DNA of 32,000 nucleotides, taken from assembly GCA_046497275.1 (NCBI GenBank), contig JAWOFX010000174.1, forward strand, positions 9,466 through 41,465. The letters run 5' to 3'. Both the position numbers and the translations under genes were made by a program. Shown here in pieces: positions 1 through 9,284 of this stretch (within the stretch, counting starts at the first letter, position 1; every line of letters starts with the position of its first letter). The notes beneath the pieces are model-generated. The model was given only the letters and a program-made list of their open reading frames with translations, searched no databases and was not told where the DNA came from. This DNA comes from Promethearchaeia archaeon. Lineage in GTDB: Archaea; Asgardarchaeota; Lokiarchaeia; Sigyniarchaeales; SOKP01.

Positions 1-433
1 AAGATGCATTGAGGTTTATATCCGTATTAATAATTCCAACACAATTAGGTCCCATTACACGAACTCCAGCTTTTTTGCATTTTAACGCGATTTGTTTTTC
101 CAATTCTTTTCCTTTTTCATCAATTTCACCAAAACCCGCGCTGACGATAATAATTCCCTTTACTTCTTTTTGTATGCATTCATCAACTACGTCTTCAACA
201 TATTTTGCAGGAACTAGAATGATTGCGAGATCAATTTCTTCAGTAATATCTAAAACAGATTTGTAGGTTGGGATATCACAGATTGTTTTACTGCCATGAG
301 TTACTAAAAAAATTTTACATCTTAAATCATCAATGTTGAGTAAATTCATCGTAACCGCATTCCCAAATTTTTTAGGATCAGATGTTGCTCCGATAACAGC
401 GATGTTTTGCGGATTAAAAAATTTTGGGATCAT
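1..433 (-). CDS. acdA: ADP-forming acetyl/acyl-CoA synthetase alpha-type subunit (CoA-binding N-terminus), truncated by the window edge; absent from the ORF track
   Basis: Manual translation from ATG at 433: MIPKFFNPQNIAVIGATSDPKKFGN...IDLAIILVPAK...KGIIIVSAGFGE...RVMGPNCVGIIN. The F-x-P-x-x-IAVIGA, SAGFGE and GPNCxG motifs are typical of ACD. The ATG lies 1 nt after the iorA TGA. Confidence 0.9.
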   Translation of the reverse strand, partial: MIPKFFNPQNIAVIGATSDPKKFGNAVTMNLLNIDDLRCKIFLVTHGSKTICDIPTYKSVLDITEEIDLAIILVPAKYVEDVVDECIQKEVKGIIIVSAGFGEIDEKGKELEKQIALKCKKAGVRVMGPNCVGIINTDINLNAS

Positions 434-434
434 T

Positions 435-2339
435 TCAGAGTTCCTCTTCATATATCGCCTCTTGTGGACAAACATAAGTACAAACTCCACATCCGCGGCA
501 TAAAGATTGATCTATTTTTGCTTTTTTTAATTCCTCATCAAAAGTTATTGCGGGACATCCAAATTGGTTAATACAGATTTGACAGCCTGTACATTTCTCA
601 GAATCTATTTTATAAGTCGGAGGAGAGATATTTTGAGCCTTAAACTCGCTCATTTCCAACAAAGAGCAAATATGTCTTGATATGAAAACGCGTACTCCAT
701 TTGCTTCTATTGCCTCTTGTAATTTTTCAATCATTTTATTGATATTATTAGAGTCTTCAACCCATATGTTTTTTTCAGGCACTCCACATCCTTTAACTAA
801 GTCTTCTAAAATTACTCTGGTGCCTGGTTCCTCACCTATTTTCATCCCAGTACCTGGATTATCTTGGAAACCTGTCATACTGGTGCTTCTATTATCTAAA
901 ATTATAATTAGCATATCATTTTGATTATATACAGCATTTATTAGTCCTGGTACCCCTGTATGGAAAAAAGTTGAATCTCCTAGTATTGCCAACAGGGGTT
1001 GTTCTTTACCATAAAGTTTAGAAAATCCGTTTGCCATTCCAATTGACCCACCCATACATATTTGAGTATCTATTGCTGCTAATGGTTTATATACTCCGAG
1101 AGTATAACATCCGATATCTGACGAGTTGATAAATTGCTTTTTTAATTTTTTCTCAACTTGATTTATAGCATAAAATGTTGCTCTATGACTACATCCGGGA
1201 CAAAGCATTGGAAGTCGAGGTGGTAAATTTAAATCATTTTCTGGAATCTCCATTTGTTCATATTCAATATTTAAGAATTCAGAAACTTTTTCAATTATTA
1301 GTTCGGCTGGGAATTCAAATTTTTGTGGCAAAATATCTTTTCCATGAATTTCTATTTTATCACCGAAACCTTCCTCAAACGCAATTTTTTTCACCATTGT
1401 TTCAAAAATTGGTTCGAGTTCTTCCACAATCAATAATTTATCAACAGAATGTAATAAATCTATAATTCTTTTTCTTGGTAAAGGGTATACAATCCCTAAT
1501 TTAAGAATTGAAACATTATCTTCAATTTCTAAGTAGCTTAGCGCATCTTTTAAGTGTGCATAAGGAATTCCCGCTGATAAAAACCCATATTTTGTACCAT
1601 TTATACTTTTTCTACTAATAATTAAGGAATTAAGTTCAGATTCGTTAACATCTTTAGAGATTCTCTCCATTCTATTTAATAACTTTTCACGATTAACACG
1701 AGAATGAGAGGGGACGCAAACCCAACGTTCTCTGTCCCAATCAAAACCAAATTCTTTTTGAGGTTCTTCAATCTCTCCCAAAAGAACATTCCCTCTTCCA
1801 TGGTTTAGCCTGGTTGTCGTTCGAAATAAAACAATTGTTTCATATTTTTCCGAAAACTTAAACGCATACTTAATCATATCTTTTGCTTCTTGAGGTGTAG
1901 AGGGTTCAAATACTGGTACAAGTCCATGTAATCCATAAAATCGGTTATCTTGTTCATTTTGAGAAGAGTATAAATTAGGATCATCTGCAGAAACTAAAAC
2001 TAATCCCCCCCTTGCACCCGCATACGCAATTGTCATAAATGCATCAGCCGCAACATTCACCCCCACATGCTTCATGCATGCAACAGACCGAACTTTCGAC
2101 ATTGATCCAGCAATCGCAATTTCTAAAGCAACTTTTTCATTAGTACTCCACTCAAGCTTAAGGTGTGGAAAATAGTTTTCCATTATTGCTAAAGTTTTTA
2201 ATATTTCTGAGGAAGGGGTTCCGGGGTATCCGGCTCCGATGATAGTTCCCGCTTCAAGAATACCTCTGGCTATGGCCTCATTTCCTAACATAATAACAGA
2301 TTTTCCAGGGTTATCTTGAGCGAAATATGGTACTTCCAT
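435..2339 (-). CDS. iorA: Indolepyruvate:ferredoxin oxidoreductase alpha subunit
   Basis: MLGNEAIARG, GYPGTPSSE, EWSTNEKVALE, KHVGVNVAAD, CPGCSHR, SDIGCYTLG, GDSTFFHTG, DNxxTxMTGFQ, and two C-terminal [4Fe-4S] motifs (CTGCQIC...CP, CRGCGVCTYVCP). Confidence 0.93.
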   Translation of the reverse strand: MEVPYFAQDNPGKSVIMLGNEAIARGILEAGTIIGAGYPGTPSSEILKTLAIMENYFPHLKLEWSTNEKVALEIAIAGSMSKVRSVACMKHVGVNVAADAFMTIAYAGARGGLVLVSADDPNLYSSQNEQDNRFYGLHGLVPVFEPSTPQEAKDMIKYAFKFSEKYETIVLFRTTTRLNHGRGNVLLGEIEEPQKEFGFDWDRERWVCVPSHSRVNREKLLNRMERISKDVNESELNSLIISRKSINGTKYGFLSAGIPYAHLKDALSYLEIEDNVSILKLGIVYPLPRKRIIDLLHSVDKLLIVEELEPIFETMVKKIAFEEGFGDKIEIHGKDILPQKFEFPAELIIEKVSEFLNIEYEQMEIPENDLNLPPRLPMLCPGCSHRATFYAINQVEKKLKKQFINSSDIGCYTLGVYKPLAAIDTQICMGGSIGMANGFSKLYGKEQPLLAILGDSTFFHTGVPGLINAVYNQNDMLIIILDNRSTSMTGFQDNPGTGMKIGEEPGTRVILEDLVKGCGVPEKNIWVEDSNNINKMIEKLQEAIEANGVRVFISRHICSLLEMSEFKAQNISPPTYKIDSEKCTGCQICINQFGCPAITFDEELKKAKIDQSLCRGCGVCTYVCPQEAIYEEEL

Positions 2340-2995
2340 TAAATCCCTCTGATTTGCCGTGCTTTGTCAATTCCTAGATGGAATGCAATTTTATTTACGT
2401 CTTTTGCTTTTTGTGGAACAAAATCTAATATATTTTCTTCCAATAATTTTCTATTAATAGGTAATATGTTTAATCCTGAGATGAAACCAAGCATTACTAC
2501 ATTAAGAGTTCTTGGATTTCCAGCTTCTTTAGCTAATTCAGTAGCGTTTATAACATATATTTCTGGAGTAATCTTTTGAAGATATTCTATAATATCTTCT
2601 AGATTCGGATAATTTGCTTTTCTTTTAACTCCAGAGGGATATACAAATCGATCATTTATGATTATATGAGTTTTATAACCTACATAGTCCGCATATCTTA
2701 AAGCTTCACTCGCTTCGAACGCTAGAAGAATATCAGTTAAGCCCTTAGGTATAAGTGGACCTTCTGCATGAGTTCCAAATCGAGTAAAAGAGGATACAGA
2801 TCCTCCTCTCTGAGCCATTCCGTGTGTTTCTGCTGTCCTCACTTTATATCCTTGTTTCATTGCAGCCCATGCTAAAATTTGAGTTGCAGAAATCACACCA
2901 TCTCCACCAACACCCACACTCAATATATTGAATGATTTATATTTTTTAGAAATCTCTCTGGGAATTTCTTCAGACTGGGTATACATCTTTTTCAA
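2339..2995 (-). CDS. iorB: Indolepyruvate:ferredoxin oxidoreductase beta subunit (TTG start at 2995, alternative ATG at 2986)
   Basis: GVGGDGVI, ETHGMAQRGGSV, DILLAFEASEALR, NVVMLG. Its stop overlaps the iorA start (TAATG). Confidence 0.9.
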   Translation of the reverse strand: MKKMYTQSEEIPREISKKYKSFNILSVGVGGDGVISATQILAWAAMKQGYKVRTAETHGMAQRGGSVSSFTRFGTHAEGPLIPKGLTDILLAFEASEALRYADYVGYKTHIIINDRFVYPSGVKRKANYPNLEDIIEYLQKITPEIYVINATELAKEAGNPRTLNVVMLGFISGLNILPINRKLLEENILDFVPQKAKDVNKIAFHLGIDKARQIRGI

Positions 2996-3062
2996 ATTTG
3001 ATTTGATAATTAATGTTCTACGTATTATATATGAATTTGACTCATAAAAGTTTATTATTTAA

Positions 3063-3099
3063 GGGGAAGTATCTCCCACTGTGTGGGATATTTATCCCA
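3063..3099. promoter_or_regulatory. Tandem palindromic sites (GGGA-N6-TCCC), candidate transcription-factor operator
   Basis: GGGGAAGTATCTCCCA (3063-3078) and TGGGATATTTATCCCA (3084-3099; perfect 7-bp arms) are spaced 21 bp start to start. They form a GC-rich patch in an otherwise very AT-rich divergent intergenic region. Confidence 0.55.
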
Positions 3100-3278
3100 T
3101 CATTAATTCAAACGAGTTAATACATTTGAGACATTGCTTTATAATAAATCATAAGTTAAAATAATATTCTCTAAAAAATTTAGACTGAAAAGGTTTTATT
3201 AGAAAATAATCAATTTATTAATAGAGAAAAATATATTTTCATTGAAAATCACATTTGTAAAATTGATTTCTTAATAAA

Positions 3279-3297
3279 TTTATAATAAATTATAATT
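3279..3297 (+). promoter_or_regulatory. Candidate TATA box for the glycyl radical enzyme gene
   Basis: TTTATAATA (3279-3287) and TTATAATT (3290-3297) lie about 23-40 nt upstream of ATG 3320. AT richness limits specificity. Confidence 0.3.
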
Positions 3298-3319
3298 AAA
3301 TGACTTTTAAGAAGAACTT

Positions 3320-5731
3320 ATGACCGTAATAGCTTCTGAAAAACCCTTGAAAAGGACTGAAGAATTAAAAAACAAATTACTTGGCTGTAAATATGAAATC
3401 TGTCTCGAAAGAATGAAATTCTTTACAGAAACATATAAAAAATATCCCAATGAGCCAGAGATTATCAAAAGAGCAAGATCCATCGCTTATGCCTTAAGAA
3501 ATATGACTATTTTCATCCGAGATGATGAATTACTTGTAGGAAACGAAACTAGTAAGGAATTAGGAGAAAAGATTAACCTTGACTTAATGCGATTTAATAT
3601 CGGACTCGATAATAAAAATAAATTAGAAAAATTAAGAAGAAGAAAAGTTCAGCCTTTTCATATCACAGATAAAGAAATCGATGAACTTTTAGAGTTAATC
3701 TCTTTTTGGAAAGGAAAGTCCCTTGTGGGAGATCACATAAACAAAAGATTGGTGGAGGAGGGTCTTGTACCAAAGGGAGGAAAACTTTCAACTTTAGCCC
3801 CAAATATTTCAATTCAAGTAGGAACCACAGAAGGGCATCTCTCTGCTAATTATGAGAAAATATTAAATTTAGGATATAAAGGGATTTTAGAGGAAGCAAT
3901 AAAATTACAAAAAAAGTTATCAAAAGAAGATCCAGAATATCAGCAGAAATTCAATTTTTATGAAGCCGTGAAAATATATTATGAAGCAGCTATAGATTTT
4001 CTTATAAGGTTTTCTAAACTTGCGTTAAGCAAAGCAGAAAATGAAAATAACGAAACTCGTAAAAAAGAATTGATGAATATTTCAGAAATGTTGGAAAGAT
4101 TCACTCATAGTGTACCTGAGACGTTTTATGAGGCGGTTCAATTAATTCATTTTACACAAAATATTGCTAATATTATATATCAGAGATCAGTTCTAGCGTT
4201 GGGCAGACTTGATCAAATTTTATGGCCTTATTACAAAAAAGATATAAAAGAAGGAAAAATTACCAAAGAATTTGCTTTAGAATTAATTGAAGAATTAAAT
4301 TTGAAACTCACTTGGAATCTTACGCTTCTTCCAACAGATTTTACGATGGTTGCAAATGCGTTTGGTCAGAACACACAAACAATAACAATTGGGGGTATAG
4401 ACCCAATAACTGGACAGGATGCCATAAACGATTTGTCTTATTTATTTTTAGACGCCTATAAGCATCTCAAAGTATTTACGACCGATTTATCAGTCAGAAT
4501 CCATGAAAATACTCCAGAAAAATTCATTCATGAAGCAGTTAAGCTATTTAAGAAAACTTCGGGAATAGCATTTTACAACGACAATATAATCATTCCTGCA
4601 TTAAATAATGCGGGATATGCCTTAGAAGATGCTCGTGATTACGTACTTATCGGTTGTGTAGAACCTACGGGACAGGGAAATAGTTTTGCTGCTACGGGAA
4701 GGATGTTTATGAATTTACCGGGTGTCTTAGAACTCACATTAAATAATGGATATAGTAATTTTTCAAAGCAAACAGATGGATTACAGACTGGGGATCCAAG
4801 TAGATTTAGAACATTTGATGATCTTTACGAAGCTTTCAAGGAGCAATTATCATATAATATTAAAAAATCTATTGATATTGCGAAAGTGGGAGACGAAGAA
4901 GCGATGAAATATTTCCAACACCCATTTACCTCCGCCATGATTGATGGATGTATGGAAAATGGAAAAGATTTTGTATGTGGAGGGGCAAAATATAATTATT
5001 CTTCAATCACAGCTTATGGATTTGCCACATTGGTTGATTCTTTTTATGCTATTAAAAAAGCTGTATATGAAGATAATTTAATATCACTTCCCGAATTAAT
5101 TGAAATTTTAAATTCTAATTTTAGTCAATATGAAGATTTAAGACTCAAACTAAAGAATAAATATCCTAAATGGGGAAATGATAATGATGAAATTGATGAA
5201 TTTGCAAACAAATTATGGGATTTATATTGCAATGAAGTTTCTAAATTTACTCCTTTAAGAGGAGGGAAATATAGCGCAGGAGCTTATTCTATGGGGATAC
5301 ATGTAATGGAAGGATTTTTTACCCAACCGACTGCTGATGGAAGAAAAGCGATGGAAGCTATTTCTAATAGTTTATCCCCCGTTAATGGTGTAGAAAAGAA
5401 TGGAATCACAGCCATTATGAATTCTCTTTCAAAATTAGATTATACTTTAGCTACTAATGGAGTGGCAGTTAATGTGAGGATTCACCCTCAAAATTTTGAA
5501 GCACAAGAGAATATCGAAAAATTTTCCCATTTGCTCAGAGGATACTTTGAATTAGGAGGAATGCAAATACAGCCTAATGTTGTTTCGAGTGAAACTTTAC
5601 GTGATGCGCAAAAAAATCCCGAAAATTATACCGACTTGATTGTGAAAGTTGGTGGTTATAATGCTACTTATATAGATCTTGGTACACCTATTCAAAACGA
5701 TATTATAAATAGAATAGAGAATAGTTTTTAA
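3320..5731 (+). CDS. Glycyl radical enzyme (PFL2/eliminase-like, substrate unknown)
   Basis: 803 aa. Active-site loop VLIGCVEP (single Cys446, Glu448), C-terminal glycyl loop LIVKVGGYNATY (Gly779), plus LGRLDQILWPYY, TITIGG, PKWGND and TADGRK motifs typical of the PFL-like fold. Confidence 0.9.
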   Translation: MTVIASEKPLKRTEELKNKLLGCKYEICLERMKFFTETYKKYPNEPEIIKRARSIAYALRNMTIFIRDDELLVGNETSKELGEKINLDLMRFNIGLDNKNKLEKLRRRKVQPFHITDKEIDELLELISFWKGKSLVGDHINKRLVEEGLVPKGGKLSTLAPNISIQVGTTEGHLSANYEKILNLGYKGILEEAIKLQKKLSKEDPEYQQKFNFYEAVKIYYEAAIDFLIRFSKLALSKAENENNETRKKELMNISEMLERFTHSVPETFYEAVQLIHFTQNIANIIYQRSVLALGRLDQILWPYYKKDIKEGKITKEFALELIEELNLKLTWNLTLLPTDFTMVANAFGQNTQTITIGGIDPITGQDAINDLSYLFLDAYKHLKVFTTDLSVRIHENTPEKFIHEAVKLFKKTSGIAFYNDNIIIPALNNAGYALEDARDYVLIGCVEPTGQGNSFAATGRMFMNLPGVLELTLNNGYSNFSKQTDGLQTGDPSRFRTFDDLYEAFKEQLSYNIKKSIDIAKVGDEEAMKYFQHPFTSAMIDGCMENGKDFVCGGAKYNYSSITAYGFATLVDSFYAIKKAVYEDNLISLPELIEILNSNFSQYEDLRLKLKNKYPKWGNDNDEIDEFANKLWDLYCNEVSKFTPLRGGKYSAGAYSMGIHVMEGFFTQPTADGRKAMEAISNSLSPVNGVEKNGITAIMNSLSKLDYTLATNGVAVNVRIHPQNFEAQENIEKFSHLLRGYFELGGMQIQPNVVSSETLRDAQKNPENYTDLIVKVGGYNATYIDLGTPIQNDIINRIENSF

Positions 5732-5760
5732 ATAATGAGTTAATTTTTTTTCATATTTCT

Positions 5761-6414
5761 TTAAATACTAATCATTACTTTCTTTTTTATTATTTTGCGC
5801 AAAATAACCGACAGAGTAGATTTTGATTTTCCAAGTTCATTGGCTAATTCCTCTAAGGAAATTTTTCGGGGAACATCAAAAAATCCTTCATCTATTGCTT
5901 TCTCTAAAATTTCAATCTCCTCTAAGCTCAATCGATGACCCTCATCTTCTAGATTAATTGAAGTGTTCCCGATTCTTAATAATTCAAAATCGATACCCAT
6001 CTCTTCAAACATAGTAAGCATTTTATCAATACGAGCCCTTGTAGAAATTAGATCCCAATAAGCAAATCCATCTTCAACATTAACCGGAAAATCCACCAAT
6101 ACCCCACATTTAATCACCCCATAAAGCAAATAGGGATCCATTGTCTTGACATTAAATTTAATCCGGTTTTCCTCTCGTTCGATCAATGAAAATTCCATCA
6201 CAGATGAATGATTCTTAATTTCCTCAATAATTAATTCTATATCATAATGCATGATCTCAACCACTGCATTTCCAATCGATTTTTCCAAGTCATAAGGTAG
6301 AAAATATAGGATTTCCATCTGAATGTCATAAAACTTTTCAAATAAATCGGAAATCCAGATCCCTTTAGGAAATTCAATCTTAATAGTGGCAATTGTGGAC
6401 TTTTCTGAATCCAT
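5761..6414 (-). CDS. Archaeal transcriptional regulator with C-terminal bacterio-opsin-activator-type (HTH_10) domain
   Basis: C-terminal LSxEExEILEKAIDEGFFDVPRKISLEELANELGKSKSTLSxILRK matches the HTH_10 pattern; N-terminal sensor-like domain. Confidence 0.8.
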   Translation of the reverse strand: MDSEKSTIATIKIEFPKGIWISDLFEKFYDIQMEILYFLPYDLEKSIGNAVVEIMHYDIELIIEEIKNHSSVMEFSLIEREENRIKFNVKTMDPYLLYGVIKCGVLVDFPVNVEDGFAYWDLISTRARIDKMLTMFEEMGIDFELLRIGNTSINLEDEGHRLSLEEIEILEKAIDEGFFDVPRKISLEELANELGKSKSTLSVILRKIIKKKVMISI

Positions 6415-6453
6415 ATATTATCACGAGAATGATATTATATTGAAGTTTCATCT

Positions 6454-6489
6454 AATTAGGATTAAAAATAAATAATACATATCCTAATT
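6454..6489. promoter_or_regulatory. 9-bp inverted repeat in the divergent promoter between the HTH regulator and the iron-sulfur flavoprotein
   Basis: AATTAGGAT (6454-6462), 18-nt spacer, ATCCTAATT (6481-6489). Confidence 0.3.
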
Positions 6490-6495
6490 CTTCTT

Positions 6496-7104
6496 ATGCC
6501 TTTAAATGAAAACTTCCTTTTAGGTATTTGTGGAAGCCCTCGAAATCAAGCTACCGAATTTGCAGTAAAATATGCACTTGAATATGCTACTGAAAAATTT
6601 GATTTCGAAACAGAGTTTTGGACGGTAAGGAATAAAGAAATTAAATTCTGTATTCATTGTGATTACTGCATTCGAGAAAAGAAGGGATGTATACATAAAG
6701 ATGATCTGCAAGATCTCTATCCAAAACTAGAACAAGCAAAATTTCTTCTATTTGGGACCCCAGTATTTCAAGGTAATTTATCAGCTCAGACAAAAGCTGT
6801 GATGGACAGATGTCGAGCAATTGTTGCTAAGAATCCCCAAGTGTTTAAAAATAAGATTGGGATGGCTCTTGCAGTAGGAGGAGACAGGAGTGGTGGACAA
6901 GAACTTGCAATAAGAAGCATTTTGGACTTCTATCAACAAAATCATGTTATCTCAGTTTCGGGAGGAGCATTTGGAGCGAATCTTGGGGCTGCGCTATGGA
7001 GTAATGACAAAGGAAAACTAGGAGTAAAAAATGACGATGAGGGTCTAAAAGCAATACGAATGGTTATAAAAAGGATAGGCGAATTTAAAGGACTTAATTT
7101 ATAA
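6496..7104 (+). CDS. Iron-sulfur flavoprotein (Isf) / NADPH-dependent FMN reductase family
   Basis: GSPR phosphate loop, compact CIHCDYC-x6-C cluster motif, GTPVFQG, MDR, GGQE. Confidence 0.85.
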   Translation: MPLNENFLLGICGSPRNQATEFAVKYALEYATEKFDFETEFWTVRNKEIKFCIHCDYCIREKKGCIHKDDLQDLYPKLEQAKFLLFGTPVFQGNLSAQTKAVMDRCRAIVAKNPQVFKNKIGMALAVGGDRSGGQELAIRSILDFYQQNHVISVSGGAFGANLGAALWSNDKGKLGVKNDDEGLKAIRMVIKRIGEFKGLNL

Positions 7105-7192
7105 CAGAATGTAATAATTGAGAGAGTAACTTGAAATTTTGTCATTCTTTTCAAAAATTATAATTTTAAAATAATTCAAATAGAGATTCAAT

Positions 7193-8155
7193 ATGCCTAG
7201 TTATCAAGATATTATAGATGCCTATGAGAGGATAAAGAATTTTATTAATAAAACACCAGTAATGACCTCAAGAACCTTAAATGAGAAGACTGAAGCAGAA
7301 ATCTTCTTAAAATGCGAGAATTTTCAGAAAGTTGGAGCTTTCAAGATGCGGGGAGCCATCAATGCTATTTCACACCTATCTGAAGAACAAAAAAATAAAG
7401 GAGTTATTACCCACTCAAGCGGAAACCATGCGCAAGCTGTTGCCTTGTCTGCGAAACTTTTAGATATACATGCAACGATCGTAATGCCAGAAACATCTCC
7501 AGAAGTGAAGATAAGAGCCACAAGAGATACATATAGTGCGAATGTCGTTCTATGTGAAAATACTATAGAAGCTCGTCAAAACACTACTGAAATCCTTATC
7601 AATAAACATGGATATACTTTAATCCATCCTTATGACAATGAGCATGTTATCGCAGGTGCAGGAACCGCTGCTTATGAATTATTACAAGAAATCGATGATT
7701 TAAATATGATATTTGCTCCAATTGGAGGAGGAGGCTTATTAAGTGGCACATCCATCGCAACGAAGGGATTCGATTCATATATTCAAGTCTTTGGGGTTGA
7801 ACCACAAAATGTAGATGATGCCTATCGATCTTTACAAACTGGAAAAATCCAAATGAATAGAACAATCAACTCGATTGCAGATGGGTTATTGACAAATTTA
7901 AGCCAAAGGACCTTTTCAATTATTCGAAAAAATGTCGATCGGATTATTACTATTTCCGAACAACAAATTCTAGATGCGATGAAGTTTCTATGGGAGAGGA
8001 TGAAGCTTGTGGTTGAACCTTCCGGTGCTTGTTCATTAGGAGGAGTGTTGTCTAATAAAGTTTCTGTTCAAAATAAAAGAATTGGTGTAATAGTAAGTGG
8101 AGGTAATGTTGATCTAAGTGAATTTTTTAAAGAGTATGAAAAAATCATCCAATAA
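7193..8155 (+). CDS. PLP-dependent serine/threonine dehydratase (fold type II; serine racemase / hydroxyaspartate ammonia-lyase-like), no regulatory domain
   Basis: KCENFQKVGAFKMRGA (PLP lysine), HSSGNHAQA, HPYD, PIGGGGLLSG, SIADGL, VEPSGA, SGGNVD. Confidence 0.88.
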   Translation: MPSYQDIIDAYERIKNFINKTPVMTSRTLNEKTEAEIFLKCENFQKVGAFKMRGAINAISHLSEEQKNKGVITHSSGNHAQAVALSAKLLDIHATIVMPETSPEVKIRATRDTYSANVVLCENTIEARQNTTEILINKHGYTLIHPYDNEHVIAGAGTAAYELLQEIDDLNMIFAPIGGGGLLSGTSIATKGFDSYIQVFGVEPQNVDDAYRSLQTGKIQMNRTINSIADGLLTNLSQRTFSIIRKNVDRIITISEQQILDAMKFLWERMKLVVEPSGACSLGGVLSNKVSVQNKRIGVIVSGGNVDLSEFFKEYEKIIQ

Positions 8156-8198
8156 GGACCTAAAACTATTAAATTCTCTTTTATCGATAAATGTTTAT

Positions 8199-9158
8199 TT
8201 ATTTAGTAATATCTATTTTTCCAGAACGATTTGAATTCCGAATAATAATAATGTTAGCAATTATAATCAAAATCCCTCCCAAAATAGTAAAAATTGAAAA
8301 TTTCTGTAAAAAAATCGCAGTATTTATAACTGCCACGAATGGTTCAAAGTAACCTAATATAATAATATTCCCACTTTCATCATTTTTAATCCCAATATTG
8401 TAAAGGATAAATGCTAATGCTGTAGGAATAAGACCTAATAATAAGCAAACAATTACATCGATTAGTGTTAATTTTAAAATATCAGCTGCTCCTAATGGAA
8501 GATAAAAAATTATTAGGGTTAAAGTTGCCCACCAAGCAAGAAAAGTATCAAAAGCACCCTCATCACTATTATTATATGATTTATAATTATAACGGTCATT
8601 ATACATCTTTTTCCGTACATAAATATTAAATGCAAGAATAAGAGCAGATGCCAGTCCGAATGTGAGGGAATTTATTAATATAGATCCTTTCCATACTTCC
8701 ATTATCACTAAAACTCCGATTACTGCCAAAATAAAACTAAATATATTTTCTTTTGGAATATTTTCTTCTTCCTTAGTTACGTATAAAATTCCCAATAAAA
8801 AGATCCCATTCATATATAATAGGAAGGCTGCAATGGCATACCCAGAAATCTGAATGTTTAAAAAATAGAAATAAATACCAAGGGGATAAATCAAAACTAG
8901 TAACATTATATTTTTCCAATGGAGTTTAAAATTTAACTTAAGGAAGTCTTTAGAGAAGGCCCCCGTTTTAATCATCCATATACTTAAAAAAAAAGTACCG
9001 AAAATTCCCCTAAACAAAACGATTGAATACGTTGGGTATGAGGAGAGAAGATCAACCATTAAACCAACAAAACCCATTGAAATAGCAGAAATTAACATTG
9101 AAATTTGAGAAATAAGTCTTCCAGCATTATCCCTATTATTATTCATCTTTTTTTCCAT
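8199..9158 (-). CDS. DMT/EamA family permease
   Basis: About 10 hydrophobic segments in two repeats; LGLIPTALAFILYNIGIK and GYFEPFVAVI are EamA-like. Confidence 0.8.
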   Translation of the reverse strand: MEKKMNNNRDNAGRLISQISMLISAISMGFVGLMVDLLSSYPTYSIVLFRGIFGTFFLSIWMIKTGAFSKDFLKLNFKLHWKNIMLLVLIYPLGIYFYFLNIQISGYAIAAFLLYMNGIFLLGILYVTKEEENIPKENIFSFILAVIGVLVIMEVWKGSILINSLTFGLASALILAFNIYVRKKMYNDRYNYKSYNNSDEGAFDTFLAWWATLTLIIFYLPLGAADILKLTLIDVIVCLLLGLIPTALAFILYNIGIKNDESGNIIILGYFEPFVAVINTAIFLQKFSIFTILGGILIIIANIIIIRNSNRSGKIDITK

Positions 9159-9284
9159 CAGTTGACTTAAAGTTCCATATAATAATTATATTATTATTTG
9201 AAAGGAGCTATTCTGGAATAGTCTACTCATGAATTAACTGGATTTCATAAAAAAATAATTTAATAAAAAAATAAAAGAAATATT

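Noticed and set aside
3320-5731. Assignment as pyruvate formate-lyase or choline TMA-lyase (tempting given the MttB genes)
   Set aside because: There is no Cys-Cys pair for PFL. I could not identify CutC-specific pocket motifs, and no cutD or microcompartment genes are nearby.
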